In this document: in pieces, positions 9,538 to 19,996 of the stretch
How positions within the stretch are numbered: the stretch's first letter is position 1
How the letters are laid out: every line of letters starts with the position of its first letter
Origin: an uncultured delta proteobacterium
GTDB lineage: Bacteria > Desulfobacterota > Binatia > UBA9968
Reading direction: 5' to 3'
NCBI GenBank assembly: GCA_963745035.1
Contig: CAVUVW010000015.1
Span: forward strand, 96,001 to 160,000
DNA: 64,000 nucleotides
Notes under the pieces: generated by a model
Told to the model about the DNA's origin: nothing
The model's input: only the letters and a program-made list of their open reading frames with translations
Databases searched by the model: none
Translations under genes and position numbers: made by a program

Positions 9538-10989
9538 CTAATCTTTGGACACTCCGTGCTCGGCGTGAACTTCGGTCCAGCCGCCGGCCATGAGTTTCTC
9601 CATCACCGCCGCAAGTTGGGACATGTCCACGCGCACCTGCCCCATGCTGTTGCGGTCGCGAACCGTCACTTTCTCGTCGGCGGCGGCCTTCTCGTCGCCG
9701 ACGGTCTGCACGTCGACGGTGACGCAAAACGGCGTGCCAACTTCATCCTGACGCCGGTAGAGCCGCCCGATCGAAGCGGTATCGTCGTAGACCGAGTGCC
9801 AGCGTTTGCGCATCTCGGCGCATAGCCGCTGGGCGGTCTCGACGATGTGCGGGTTTTTCTTGAGCAGCGGCAGCACGGCGATCTTGATCGGCGCCAGCTC
9901 GGGATGAAAATTCAGCACCACGCGCTTCTCGCCTTTGACTTCCTCCTCCCGGTAGGCGTCCACCAGAAAAGCCAGAGTGCCGCGATCGGCGCCGGCCGAC
10001 GGCTCGATGACGTACGGAACGATCTTCTGCTTGCTCTCCTCGTCGAAGTATTCCAGCGCCTTGCCGCTGAACTGGGCGTGCTGCTTCAAATCGAAGTCGG
10101 TTCGGTTGGCAATGCCTTCGAGCTCGCTCCAGCCCATCGGGAAAAGATACTCGATGTCCGCGGTGCGCTTGGCGTAATGCGCCAGCTCGTCTTGCTCATG
10201 CTCGCGCAAACGCAGATTCTCCTGGCGTATGCCGTAGCGCGGATACCACGCGAAACGCTCGTCGATCCAGCGCTGGTGCCATTCTTCGTCGGTCCCCGGC
10301 ATGACGAAAAATTCGATTTCCATCTGCTCGAATTCGCGCGTGCGAAAAGTGAAATTGCCCGGCGTAATCTCGTTGCGAAACGCCTTGCCGACCTGGGCGA
10401 TGCCGAACGGCAGCTTGAGGCGCATGGACTGAAGCACGTTGTCGAAGTTGACGAAAATTCCCTGAGCGGTCTCCGGCCTCAGATAAGTTACCGCTGCGTC
10501 GTCTTCCACCGGCCCCATGAACGTCTTGAACATGAGATTGAACTGGCGCGGCTCGGTAAGCTCGCCCTTGCCGCAAGCCGGGCAGAGCGTGCGCTTCTGG
10601 CCGCAGTGCCTGCACGGCTCGCCGCCCGGAATGTTGAATTTATTGCCCTTGGTCGCCTCGCAAAAGTGCACCCACGCTTCTTCTTCCAGTTTATCCGAGC
10701 GAAAGCGCCGCTTGCAGGCGCGGCAATCGACCATCGGGTCGGTGAAGTGATCCAGGTGGCCGCTCGCCTTCCAAACTTTCGAATGCATCAAGATCGACGC
10801 ATCGAGCCCGACCATATCGGCGCGGTTCTGCACGTTGTCGCGCCACCAGGCGCGCTTGACGTTGTTCTTGAGCTCGACGCCGAGCGGCCCGTAGTCCCAG
10901 CACGAGCCCGTGCCGCCGTAAATCTCGCTCGATTGAAAAATAAAGCCGCGCCGCTTGCACAGCGACACGATCTTGTCCATGTCGACCAT
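9538..10989 (-). CDS. glyQS: glycine--tRNA ligase, alpha2 type
   Basis: Motifs [60 protein letters not shown] and a C-terminal anticodon-binding domain. Confidence 0.97.
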   Translation of the reverse strand: MVDMDKIVSLCKRRGFIFQSSEIYGGTGSCWDYGPLGVELKNNVKRAWWRDNVQNRADMVGLDASILMHSKVWKASGHLDHFTDPMVDCRACKRRFRSDKLEEEAWVHFCEATKGNKFNIPGGEPCRHCGQKRTLCPACGKGELTEPRQFNLMFKTFMGPVEDDAAVTYLRPETAQGIFVNFDNVLQSMRLKLPFGIAQVGKAFRNEITPGNFTFRTREFEQMEIEFFVMPGTDEEWHQRWIDERFAWYPRYGIRQENLRLREHEQDELAHYAKRTADIEYLFPMGWSELEGIANRTDFDLKQHAQFSGKALEYFDEESKQKIVPYVIEPSAGADRGTLAFLVDAYREEEVKGEKRVVLNFHPELAPIKIAVLPLLKKNPHIVETAQRLCAEMRKRWHSVYDDTASIGRLYRRQDEVGTPFCVTVDVQTVGDEKAAADEKVTVRDRNSMGQVRVDMSQLAAVMEKLMAGGWTEVHAEHGVSKD

Positions 10990-11021
10990 CGGGAAATCCT
11001 AAATAAAGAGTGAGTCTTAAC

Positions 11022-11050
11022 AATGTAAAGGATAGCAGGAGCGGAGTCAA
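11022..11050 (-). promoter_or_regulatory. sigma70 promoter of glyQS
   Basis: TTGACT-N17-TACATT on the minus strand. Confidence 0.55.
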
Positions 11051-11376
11051 AAGCGCGGCGCTCAGCCTAAGGTGAGCGGCGACCGAGGTCCGACTTCAAC
11101 AATACCGCCATGGCTCCTCGACCGCATTTGATTTATCGCAACAAACAGCCACGCCAACGCCCAACGGACTATAATTGACCGTGTCGTTTTCGAACCGACC
11201 AATTACGATGTGCCATTAAACCGATATATTACACTTGTCCGAGAGCTTTTTTGCAGCAGACCTAGACCTGACCCAAAGAGCAGAAAACAAGGCGGTTTGC
11301 CACATCAAATATCCGCTTAGAACAATCAATCGGATAGCGGTTTGGTTTGGCCCACAAAGAATCAGAAAAGCCGATG

Positions 11377-12075
11377 CTATCCAACAGTTCGCTTGACGCA
11401 TCGCATTACAAAAATCGTGTACGGAATTCTGAGTGTGTCATGCAAAATATCGCCTTCAATATCTCCGAAGTGCTGCGCTGCTAGTCGCTTGTATCCGTCG
11501 ATGTTACGTACGGCGCGCCCTCGGTCTTTCGAAATCAACCATTTTGCAAACCGGTTCTGATTTTCTATGTACACATTGTCATATGTAATCAATGCGCCGT
11601 TCAATTTCAGACTTTGATAGGCAATGTCGAAGAGATAATCTGCTTCGCTGTCATTTAGATGGTGAACAATCCCAAGAGCAAGAACAATATCGTAACGCCC
11701 CTGCTGGCATGTCCCTGCATCTTCGACTTTTTGACAGAAGAATCTACAATTGATTCTGTGCTTCCAGCGCTTCTTGGCAGATTCTATATATAACGGATTT
11801 AAGTCAAAACCTGTATAATCGGCAATCGAGTCCGGTAGGTAGGATAAAATTCTTCCTGTACCGCAACCAATTTCCAAGATGCGGCAGGCGGGAGACGGAC
11901 GCACATAGTCCTGCACTAGTTTGACTTGGCTACGCTCCCTTCCTAACAAACTGGTGAATAGATCATAAACCCAGGGTTTTGATAGGACCGCGGCCAACCC
12001 TGTCTCACGATGGCTGGATTCTTCGCTTTCCACAGGAATTCGAGGCGAAATGTCTTCGAGTTTTTTTTGTTTCAT
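11377..12075 (-). CDS. class I SAM-dependent methyltransferase
   Basis: ILEIGCGTG motif I, GFDLN, YDIVLALGIVHHL. The ORF is open to 12162. Confidence 0.85.
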   Translation of the reverse strand: MKQKKLEDISPRIPVESEESSHRETGLAAVLSKPWVYDLFTSLLGRERSQVKLVQDYVRPSPACRILEIGCGTGRILSYLPDSIADYTGFDLNPLYIESAKKRWKHRINCRFFCQKVEDAGTCQQGRYDIVLALGIVHHLNDSEADYLFDIAYQSLKLNGALITYDNVYIENQNRFAKWLISKDRGRAVRNIDGYKRLAAQHFGDIEGDILHDTLRIPYTIFVMRCVKRTVG

Positions 12076-12248
12076 ATTCCGAACCTTCAACAAAGAGAAA
12101 ATCGTTTTGCCAATCGATTTAACCTTTACATACCAAAGCACCATTAATACAATAATGATCAAAACAGCAAAGACTCATTCAGCGACCTCCGATTAAGAGC
12201 TAAGTAGTCAAACCGCGCAAAGTTCGTTACTTTGGAGGCTACGAAACC

Positions 12249-13094
12249 ATGTCTGCTATCGATATCCCCAAGTTCACATCTAAACTTAAACAAAACTCCG
12301 ACGGTCTCTGGGTGAGTACCGGCGCAAGGCAGGTTTCGTATCCTCGAGACGGGAATGATTTATGTTTAAGCATCGAGGGGAAATCGTTCTGGTTCCGCCA
12401 TCGTAATAAAGTAATCACGACTCTCGTTAAGTCTTTTGTTCCAAATGGCCCGGTGTTCGATATCGGCGCCGGCAATGGATACGTCTCCCTGGCGTTGGAA
12501 CACTCTGGAGTTGAAACGGTCGTTGTTGAACCCGGAGCGCGGGGCGCTCGAAATGCTAAGACACGCGGTCTAGGTACCGTTATCCATGCTGCACTCGAGG
12601 ATTGCGAATTCCAAGACCAAACGATCCCGGCCTTCGGCCTTTTCGATGTACTTGAACATGTTCAAAACGATTCAGAGTTCCTAAATAGTCTCCACCGTCA
12701 GTTGCTGCCGAAAGGATATGTGTACGTGACGGTGCCTGCATATAATTTTCTCTGGTCGATTGAAGATGACTACGCCCAACACCACCGCCGATATACAGTG
12801 CGGACACTGACAAAAACGTTAGAATCGACTGGGTTTGCCGTGAAATACTGCAGTTACTTTTTCTGTGCTCTCGTGCCAGCCGTTTTCGCTATTCGATCTA
12901 TACCGAGTCGGCTATGGATGCGCCACTCCATCGACATACCTTCGATAGAACAGGACCACGCCGAGCGCGGCGGGATCACAACGTGTCTTCTGGAACACAG
13001 CTTGGCCTACGAGTTGCGGCGAATCGAAAAAAGAAAGTACTTGCCAACAGGTAGCAGTTGCGTCGCCGTGGCACAGAAGGTTCCATATGGTTAG
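12249..13094 (+). CDS. class I SAM-dependent methyltransferase
   Basis: Motifs SFWFRHRN, FDIGAGNG, LFDVLEH, VTVPAY..WS..D...HHRRYT. Confidence 0.85.
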   Translation: MSAIDIPKFTSKLKQNSDGLWVSTGARQVSYPRDGNDLCLSIEGKSFWFRHRNKVITTLVKSFVPNGPVFDIGAGNGYVSLALEHSGVETVVVEPGARGARNAKTRGLGTVIHAALEDCEFQDQTIPAFGLFDVLEHVQNDSEFLNSLHRQLLPKGYVYVTVPAYNFLWSIEDDYAQHHRRYTVRTLTKTLESTGFAVKYCSYFFCALVPAVFAIRSIPSRLWMRHSIDIPSIEQDHAERGGITTCLLEHSLAYELRRIEKRKYLPTGSSCVAVAQKVPYG

Positions 13095-13163
13095 TTGCAA
13101 GAGAGTCAAGAAGCAGTAAAGAAACAGCGGTCAGAATGCATTCCGCAATGCCTAAGCTACCTA

Positions 13164-14741
13164 TCAACGCACTCGCTCATAAATCTGATAGCGTTTGTAA
13201 CTTTGCAGTAAGCGAAATGCTCCGGCTCTTACAACAGGATCGTAAAGTCGCCACTGTTTGCTATGTGGACCAACGACAAGATAGTCCGGGTTCGCCACCA
13301 GCGGGTCATAATCGACATCAATATTGTCCTCGTAAAGAAAGGTGCGCCGAATCAAATCGACAAGTAGTTGATCGGGAGGATAGTGATAAGGACGATTTAA
13401 AAGAAACATAAGCTCGCTGTCATAGGTCTCTATCAACGCATCTGCGGGAGTTTGTGAATTCAGAAAGTCAGCCGTCTGCTGCACTGAATTATCAGCGTCT
13501 ATTACGTAGGTCTTGTACACAGCCGTCGCCGTTCTGGGCACGGAAATTACTACAATCAACAATACTAATAAGGCACCAACCGCCTCTTTGTTAAAACCAC
13601 GGCCTCTGAAAAAAGCGCGACCCTGTTGAAGTGTGTAGGTGACATCGTAACCTCGGGTCAGATCGTAGATCATGCACGCGACAAAAATACTGCCGACGAA
13701 GATCGGCGGAAAGATATATCGCACCCAACCCACCGAGAACAGCAGAAACCAACCAAACCAGCTCGATGCCAGAAAGAGCAACGCGATCTTCACTTGCTCG
13801 GTAAATCTCCAGTCTAGTTTGTTGGTCACTATGTTCAGCAGTCCGTAACACAACCCGAGCAGCGTCGGAAGACCGAACATGATAACGACAATCAAAGCAA
13901 ACATCCGAGAAGGGATTGATATGACTAGAGCGGTCACGTCATACAAACCATGGATCGGATCTGCAACACCGGATTTGGCCTGTAAGAGCTGTTCGGAGAA
14001 CACCATAAGAATATGAGATCCGGCCAATGAGCCGACGAGCGTAATGACCCAGAATGAAAAGGATTTCCAGTCACGCCGGTACACAGCTACCAACGAGGGA
14101 ACCGCCAGTGAACACATCCAGAACGGGAGAACTTGCAGTTTCGTGATCAGCGCAAATGCCCAAAATAGCACGGCCAAGGCTAACGCCCATAGTCGGTACC
14201 GCGGCAATGACAGCATGGCCATATAACCCGCAAGCAGGAAAAACATTGCGGGCATTTCGCCCAAAACCTGTCTACCCACATATATTGGGAAAAGATCGAT
14301 ATATGCGGGCAGCAACGTCATGACAGCCAAAGTCCCCAAAGCTATAGACTGATTGTAGATACGCCGAACGAGATAGTACATCAACAATAGCGTCGCTACA
14401 GTGATCATTACTTCAACTATTCGCGCCTGAACGATCCCAACGCCGAACAGCCAAAAACTTAGGGCAACAAGGCCAGTAATGTAACTTGCTTGAGTTATCG
14501 CCGCCGACACAGGTTCTCCGACAGAGAGCCGCCCGTAATGACCGGACTCTACCCAGTTACGAGCGACTGATAGTGTCCATCCCTCATCCCACCATAGGGG
14601 GGGAACACTGTCGAGTCGTATGGTCAAAGCTAAACCGATCAACACCCCTATGAAAACCGCTATGTAAATGCGTAAATATTTCACGATTCTTTGTTGTCTA
14701 TTGAAAAGACGGATCTTCGCCACAAATAATACCCGGGACAC
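13164..14741 (-). CDS. GT-C fold (ArnT/PMT-like) membrane glycosyltransferase
   Basis: WWDEG acidic motif after the first TM helix; many TM helices. Confidence 0.75.
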   Translation of the reverse strand: MSRVLFVAKIRLFNRQQRIVKYLRIYIAVFIGVLIGLALTIRLDSVPPLWWDEGWTLSVARNWVESGHYGRLSVGEPVSAAITQASYITGLVALSFWLFGVGIVQARIVEVMITVATLLLMYYLVRRIYNQSIALGTLAVMTLLPAYIDLFPIYVGRQVLGEMPAMFFLLAGYMAMLSLPRYRLWALALAVLFWAFALITKLQVLPFWMCSLAVPSLVAVYRRDWKSFSFWVITLVGSLAGSHILMVFSEQLLQAKSGVADPIHGLYDVTALVISIPSRMFALIVVIMFGLPTLLGLCYGLLNIVTNKLDWRFTEQVKIALLFLASSWFGWFLLFSVGWVRYIFPPIFVGSIFVACMIYDLTRGYDVTYTLQQGRAFFRGRGFNKEAVGALLVLLIVVISVPRTATAVYKTYVIDADNSVQQTADFLNSQTPADALIETYDSELMFLLNRPYHYPPDQLLVDLIRRTFLYEDNIDVDYDPLVANPDYLVVGPHSKQWRLYDPVVRAGAFRLLQSYKRYQIYERVR

Positions 14742-14821
14742 TTGACCTTAAGCCGATCCACGCAGGAACGACCAATGAGCTTATATACAGATAACCGAGT
14801 AGGCGACTGTATCGCGGAGAT

Positions 14822-15970
14822 TTATGCAGCATCAAAAAATGTAAAAATCTCATCTACCACGGACTCGACCTCGCCCGGTTGCATTTCGTAATACATTGGT
14901 AGACGCAGCAATCGCTCACTAATGGTTTCGGTAACCGGCAGCATTCCAGCACGGTAACCCATTGCTGTCCCCATCGGTGATGTATGGAGTGGAACATAAT
15001 GAAATAGCGACAGAATCCCCCGTGTTTTGAGGTACTCTATTAGCTTCGTTCTTTCCCCAAAAGAATTGAGAATTATGTAGAACATGTGATAGTTTGATTC
15101 GCAGTCAGGCGGAATAATTGGGAGGGTGACAAGACCCTGAACTTCTAAAGGTCGTAGAAGTTGTTCGTAAATCGTGTAAATTTCCTGGCGCTTTCTTGTT
15201 ATTACCTCCATATTTTCCAACTGCGCGTATAAAAAAGCTGCCAAGATATCCGATGGCAGTAACGAAGATCCGATATCTACCCACGTATATTTATCCACTT
15301 CGCCGCGAAAAAAGCGGCTGCGGTTTGTACCCTTTTCTCGAACAATTTCCGCTCTTTCCACTAGGTCCTGCCGATTTAAAATGATTGCACCACCCTCGCC
15401 ACAAATGAAGTTCTTTGTTTCGTGAAAGCTATAGGCACCCATATCGCCTATCGTCCCAAGATATCGCCCCTTGTACTTTGCGTTGACGCCTTGAGCAGCG
15501 TCTTCGACAACAATCAACCCGTGCTTTTGTGCGATCTTAGAAATTGTATCCATCTCACATCCAACCCCCGCGTAGTGAACGGGAGCGATTGCACGGGTTT
15601 TTGCCGTGATGGCTGACTCGATCAGATTCTCGTCAATGTTCAGCGTGTCTCTACGGCAGTCAACAAACACTGGACGAGCACCACGCAAAAGAAACGCATT
15701 AGCAGTAGAGGCAAACGTGTAAGATGGTAGAATAATTTCATCTCCATCTTTCACATCAGCCAAAATTGCCGCCAAATCTAGTGCGGTGGTACATGATGTC
15801 GTAAGCATTATTTCCTGAGCGCCGAAAGTGCGCTTCATTAGATCTTGCCCTTTCTTCGTATATAACCCGTCACCACTCGTTTTAAGCTGCAAGACCGATT
15901 GAGCGATGTAGTAAAGTTCTTTACCGACGATAAAGGGCTTATTAAAAGGAATGCGAAAGCTCACAGACAT
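14822..15970 (-). CDS. rffA: dTDP-4-amino-4,6-dideoxygalactose transaminase (DegT/RffA family)
   Basis: Motifs IPFNKP, TTSCTTAL, VHYAGV, EDAAQ, SFHETKN (PLP lysine), REKGTNRSRFFRG.VDKYTWVDIGSS. Confidence 0.88.
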   Translation of the reverse strand: MSVSFRIPFNKPFIVGKELYYIAQSVLQLKTSGDGLYTKKGQDLMKRTFGAQEIMLTTSCTTALDLAAILADVKDGDEIILPSYTFASTANAFLLRGARPVFVDCRRDTLNIDENLIESAITAKTRAIAPVHYAGVGCEMDTISKIAQKHGLIVVEDAAQGVNAKYKGRYLGTIGDMGAYSFHETKNFICGEGGAIILNRQDLVERAEIVREKGTNRSRFFRGEVDKYTWVDIGSSLLPSDILAAFLYAQLENMEVITRKRQEIYTIYEQLLRPLEVQGLVTLPIIPPDCESNYHMFYIILNSFGERTKLIEYLKTRGILSLFHYVPLHTSPMGTAMGYRAGMLPVTETISERLLRLPMYYEMQPGEVESVVDEIFTFFDAA

Positions 15971-16011
15971 TCTCGTCGTCTCTTCATGCGAATGTCCTAT
16001 TCGTTTTGTAA

Positions 16012-16708
16012 TTACGGCCGTTCCCAAATGAATTTCAATGCGTCAGGCCCTGTCATGAAGATCAAATCCAGAATCGACACCTGTGCGTCATACGGCGGAT
16101 ATAGCTGCGAATAAACGGGATAATCATAAATCATGTACTCCGTCACAATTCCCGCATCAGCGAGTTTTGCCTCCTCTAGATAACTTTTAGCAGCAGGGCC
16201 GGAAATATAGTGAGTTGCTCCTAGTTGCTTCAAAACATCTAAAAGGCGATTGGTTTTTGTCCCAGTAGGCTCCAATGAAGATGACCGGACGAACTTGGTT
16301 CCGGAGATGCCCAGAACTTCAGCTATTAGGATTGTCAACTGAATAGTGAGATCTGCTAACTTATCGAATCGACATGCGTAAAACTCTTTCAATGTTCGAG
16401 GAATAGACTTCAAAAAACGGAGTTTTGCCATAAGCTTGTTCAATTGTTTTCCAATGCTTATGCGCCCAATCCTGCGACCAATCAATAAAAATCTCCTTTA
16501 TTGGAATATGATTCTTCACAACCCCTTTTTTCAGGACTGGTATTGTCAACCAAACTGGACCATTTGCAGTCTTAATTCGGTTCCGATTACGCCAGCCGTG
16601 CTTATCGTACTGAACATCATCATAGAAGACGAAGACATCAGCTTTACTGATTTGATGAAAGTAGCCGCGCCAAGGGATATAATTGGGTTGGTTAATTACG
16701 CATTTCAT
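16012..16708 (-). CDS. WbqC family protein (indel near 16390)
   Basis: Motifs QPNYIPWRGYF, DDVQY, WRNRNRI, YISGPAAKSYL, SILDLIF. Confidence 0.85.
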
Positions 16709-16759
16709 AACATTGCACCTATCGCAGTGCCGTGGTGGCTGCTTGACGAGGTTTAGGCG

Positions 16760-17335
16760 TTATCCGTCAACCAGCCGTGATAGCTGCTCAAATTCCGCGC
16801 GAAGCAAACCCATATAGTAAGCGTTGCTTCGGCGACCATTAATTACAAATTCATCACGCAACACTCCCTCTACTTTGAAATGGAGCTTCGCATAGGTTTT
16901 TAGAGCCGCTTGGTTATTCACATCGACCGTAAGCCACACTTTATGTAGATCATATTTTTGGAAACCATTGGCCAGGGCCTTGTAAACTCCAGTAAGCCCG
17001 ACACCAGCCCCTCTCACAGTGGCGTCTCCGACATACACTGAGAGACGGATTTTTTTTAAGTAAGAATCCATTCTATCTAGCACAACGTTTCCAACATGGG
17101 ATTGGTTTAGCAGTAAGGCATACGCGCTGATTAGTGGGTCGTCGAGACATCGTTGGATCCATTCTTTAGTGTATTCACGAGTCGGATTCCGACGCAGGCC
17201 AAGCGCCACGGCGATCACAGGATCACAGACCCATTGCAACATTCTTTCTGCATGCTCGGGCCCTATCGGTGAGATAGTAACGTCAGGTCGAAGTCCCAAA
17301 TGTTTCGCGGCTGTGTTTACGTCAACTGACTTCAT
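16760..17335 (-). CDS. GNAT N-acetyltransferase (RimJ/RimL/PseH-like)
   Basis: RGAGVG, LHKVWLTV..NN.AA..Y.KL.FKVEGVLR. Confidence 0.85.
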   Translation of the reverse strand: MKSVDVNTAAKHLGLRPDVTISPIGPEHAERMLQWVCDPVIAVALGLRRNPTREYTKEWIQRCLDDPLISAYALLLNQSHVGNVVLDRMDSYLKKIRLSVYVGDATVRGAGVGLTGVYKALANGFQKYDLHKVWLTVDVNNQAALKTYAKLHFKVEGVLRDEFVINGRRSNAYYMGLLRAEFEQLSRLVDG

Positions 17336-17353
17336 ATCTCGGATTATGATTCA

Positions 17354-18220
17354 CTAACGCGTCGCAACGAACCCGACATACTTAAATAATTGGCGCGTCA
17401 GGGGAAGGCCTCTTTCAAGAGTCGCTGATAACACGTCCGCAATAGCAACTTGCTCTTCGCGACTCCGTCGGGAATCGTTAACTAACTCCGCTTGACCTAA
17501 GAACCAATAATAATAAATCTTTATGTCTCTAAAGCCGACATCGAGCAAAATGTCGGTGAGCTTTTCATGTGCGAAACCACCCAAGAAGGATTTACCATAT
17601 TCCGCTTGATTGAATGTTTCTTTATCAACGTGAAACCGGGCTTCAATCTCACTATCTTTTTCTAAAACGGAGTCGATTTCTCTCCTCACAATAGGATCAT
17701 ATTCGCCATTAGAGTTGAGCTCGCTGATGGCCTTCCAAAAGTAATAGTTTGGCTCAAGGTCGGCATAAAACTTACCACCGTGTCGCAGCGCTTTTGCAGC
17801 ATTTCGTAGAGTCGGCCTAATGTCATATAGATGATGCAGAAACGAGTATGCCGTCACCATGTCGTATGCACCTTCATTTACTGAAAAAGAGCCACTATCG
17901 GCGAGATGCAACCGAATCACTGCATCTCCTGTTAAATCTACTCGTTTGAGCATCGATTCGGTGACATCTACACCATCAATGTCTTTGACGTATTTCTTTG
18001 CAATGTTGATGATGAATCCGGTGCCACAGCCCAAATCTAGAAGACGCCGCGCGCTCGTCGCGTTAGCAATGTTGCTAATGCGCCGATCAACGTGAGCAAC
18101 GTTCTCCGCTCTAAAGTGAGGTTCCGTTTCGTCGTAATAGGAAGCTAATACCGTATGCAGCCTTTGGTTAGCATCGATCACTTTTTTATATTGCCGACTC
18201 TCATTCTCTACCATGGTCAT
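17354..18220 (-). CDS. class I SAM-dependent methyltransferase
   Basis: LLDLGCGTG, GVDVT, YSFLHHL. Confidence 0.85.
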   Translation of the reverse strand: MTMVENESRQYKKVIDANQRLHTVLASYYDETEPHFRAENVAHVDRRISNIANATSARRLLDLGCGTGFIINIAKKYVKDIDGVDVTESMLKRVDLTGDAVIRLHLADSGSFSVNEGAYDMVTAYSFLHHLYDIRPTLRNAAKALRHGGKFYADLEPNYYFWKAISELNSNGEYDPIVRREIDSVLEKDSEIEARFHVDKETFNQAEYGKSFLGGFAHEKLTDILLDVGFRDIKIYYYWFLGQAELVNDSRRSREEQVAIADVLSATLERGLPLTRQLFKYVGFVATR

Positions 18221-18989
18221 TCCACTTTCTGTCGGTATTTTCGCGCATGAAGAGGCGCATAATATTCATCGTAGTTCGCTGGAATCTGGGAAAAAAAACC
18301 CAGCTTTTGGAGGGTTCTGTCGGGTATTCCCGACAAATCGATCTGACTCATCGCGCGAGGAATATCGAGCCTCTGCTTCATAAATGAACGACACATATTG
18401 ATTGTTAGCGCATGCCTCCAGTGCGTAGTCTTATTCTGCCCACCAGCATGCCAAAGCCGTGCATTGAAGAAAAACACGCTGCCAGCTTTCGCCACGAGTC
18501 TTCTCGCCTGTCGAAAAAACTCTTCTTCTGTTGGTGCGCGTGAGTTTAGGTGAGATCGTGGCATGTAAAATGTCGCCCCATTCTCTTCAGTGAAATCATC
18601 CAACAGAATAGTCGCTCCCACATTAGTAACATACCCAGGAATCAATCTGGGACAGTCGATGTGAATTCGGCCGAATAGTTCGTTCCGTGGGGTGGCATAG
18701 ACGAGGATGTGTAGGCATAAATGATACACCCTTCGCCGAGAATCCATTCGAAAGGTTCTAAAAGCGACTCCAAGTCCAATACCCGTATGAGTTCGCCGGG
18801 ATACAACGAACAAAGCAGAACCATTCCAAAGTCGATCTTAGCACCGCTTCTTCGTTGATATTGACTTTCCTTAGCAATAGCAGTTTCAAGATCCGCTTTT
18901 AGCGGTTGAACCCTTTCACTGGGAATCACGTCGGGTAATAACGCGAAACCATCCGTAGCAATCTGCTGGGAGAATTCCTCTCTGGTCAC
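18217..18989 (-). CDS. phytanoyl-CoA dioxygenase (PhyH)-family Fe(II)/2OG oxygenase (indel near 18672)
   Basis: DGFALLPDVI, HID (HxD), LDDFTEENGAT, WHAGG.N.T..WR. Confidence 0.85.
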
Positions 18990-18991
18990 GT

Positions 18992-19996
18992 TTACTGCTT
19001 TCGTGTCAGGACAGCGTCGAGGCTTTGAGCCGTGCTAAAGTTTACCAACGACTTTATAACGCACCGTGGCCTTCCTTGAACTTCTTGAAGAACCCGACCA
19101 AGATACAGACCGATGAGACCCATAAACAACAAATTGGTCCCGCCCAGGATGACGATCATGGCTATAGTCGATGTGTACCCACCCAAAAGGTTGGCAAAGA
19201 CAATTCTTCGGACAAACAAGCCCAACATTAAAAGACACCCTAAGACGGTGATTACGGTTCCAAGTAGGGCCGCAAATCGTAGCGGTAAATCGGAAAATCC
19301 GAGAATAGACTCACTCGCCATCCTAAGGCGTTTTCTAAAAGTGTAGCTGGATTTTCCGACGGATCTCTCGCTATGTCGAATCGAAACCCAAGAATGGCGA
19401 AAGCCGAGCCAGTGCTCTAGCCCCGGAATATAAGGAACTTTGTCATCGAGTGTATTATAAGCGTCTACGAAGCGCCGGTTCATAATTCGAAGTGACGCCG
19501 CATTAATAGGGGTCTTAGCTCCCGTTAGCCAATTAAGGATTTGATTAAACATCAGCGACGTCACCCGTTCGAGTAAATTATCCTTTCTTTCCTGCCGAAG
19601 ACCAACCACGATATCACAGTTGTCGGACTCTAATTCTTTCAGCAACAGAGGAATTTGATCAGGGGGATCCTGCATATCAACGTTCATCATTCCGACAAAG
19701 TTTCCAGATGCCAACCGATACCCGCAGGACACTGCAAGGTGTTGCCCAAAATTTCGACTCAATTCGATCACTTTCACAAAACCATATCTTCCAGCCGACG
19801 CTTCCAGTTGCTGCTGCGATCCATCGGAGCTACCGTCGTTTACAAATATGACTTCAACATCCTTGCTGATGTCGGTGAGTTCTAAAAGATTATTCATTTC
19901 TTGATTTATCGCTTCACAGAATGATTCGACCAAATAACCATCGTTATAGATCGGCACAACGAAGGAGTATCTAAGGGTGTTTACAAGGTGGTTCAT
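18992..19996 (-). CDS. GT2 polyprenyl-phosphate glycosyltransferase (GtrB/ArnC-like)
   Basis: VVPIYN, VNDGSSD, LSRNFGQH, DMQDPP, two C-terminal TM helices, GLYLGRV..EV.GRP. Confidence 0.9.
   Translation of the reverse strand: MNHLVNTLRYSFVVPIYNDGYLVESFCEAINQEMNNLLELTDISKDVEVIFVNDGSSDGSQQQLEASAGRYGFVKVIELSRNFGQHLAVSCGYRLASGNFVGMMNVDMQDPPDQIPLLLKELESDNCDIVVGLRQERKDNLLERVTSLMFNQILNWLTGAKTPINAASLRIMNRRFVDAYNTLDDKVPYIPGLEHWLGFRHSWVSIRHSERSVGKSSYTFRKRLRMASESILGFSDLPLRFAALLGTVITVLGCLLMLGLFVRRIVFANLLGGYTSTIAMIVILGGTNLLFMGLIGLYLGRVLQEVQGRPRCVIKSLVNFSTAQSLDAVLTRKQ

Noticed and set aside
10990-11200. T-box or glycine riboswitch upstream of glyQS
   Set aside because: The promoter is only about 30 bp from the start codon, and no T-box or aptamer consensus was seen.
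11060-11376. Integron attC site or small ORF (11216-11401) at the left island edge
   Set aside because: GCCCAAC is present but no matching GTTRRRY arm or attC fold was found. The ORF has no RBS or motif.
12075-12190. GGAGG-preceded mini-ORF MSLCCFDHYC... or hydrophobic extension upstream of the methyltransferase
   Set aside because: It cannot be distinguished from a degraded membrane-protein fragment or an indel; too short to support.
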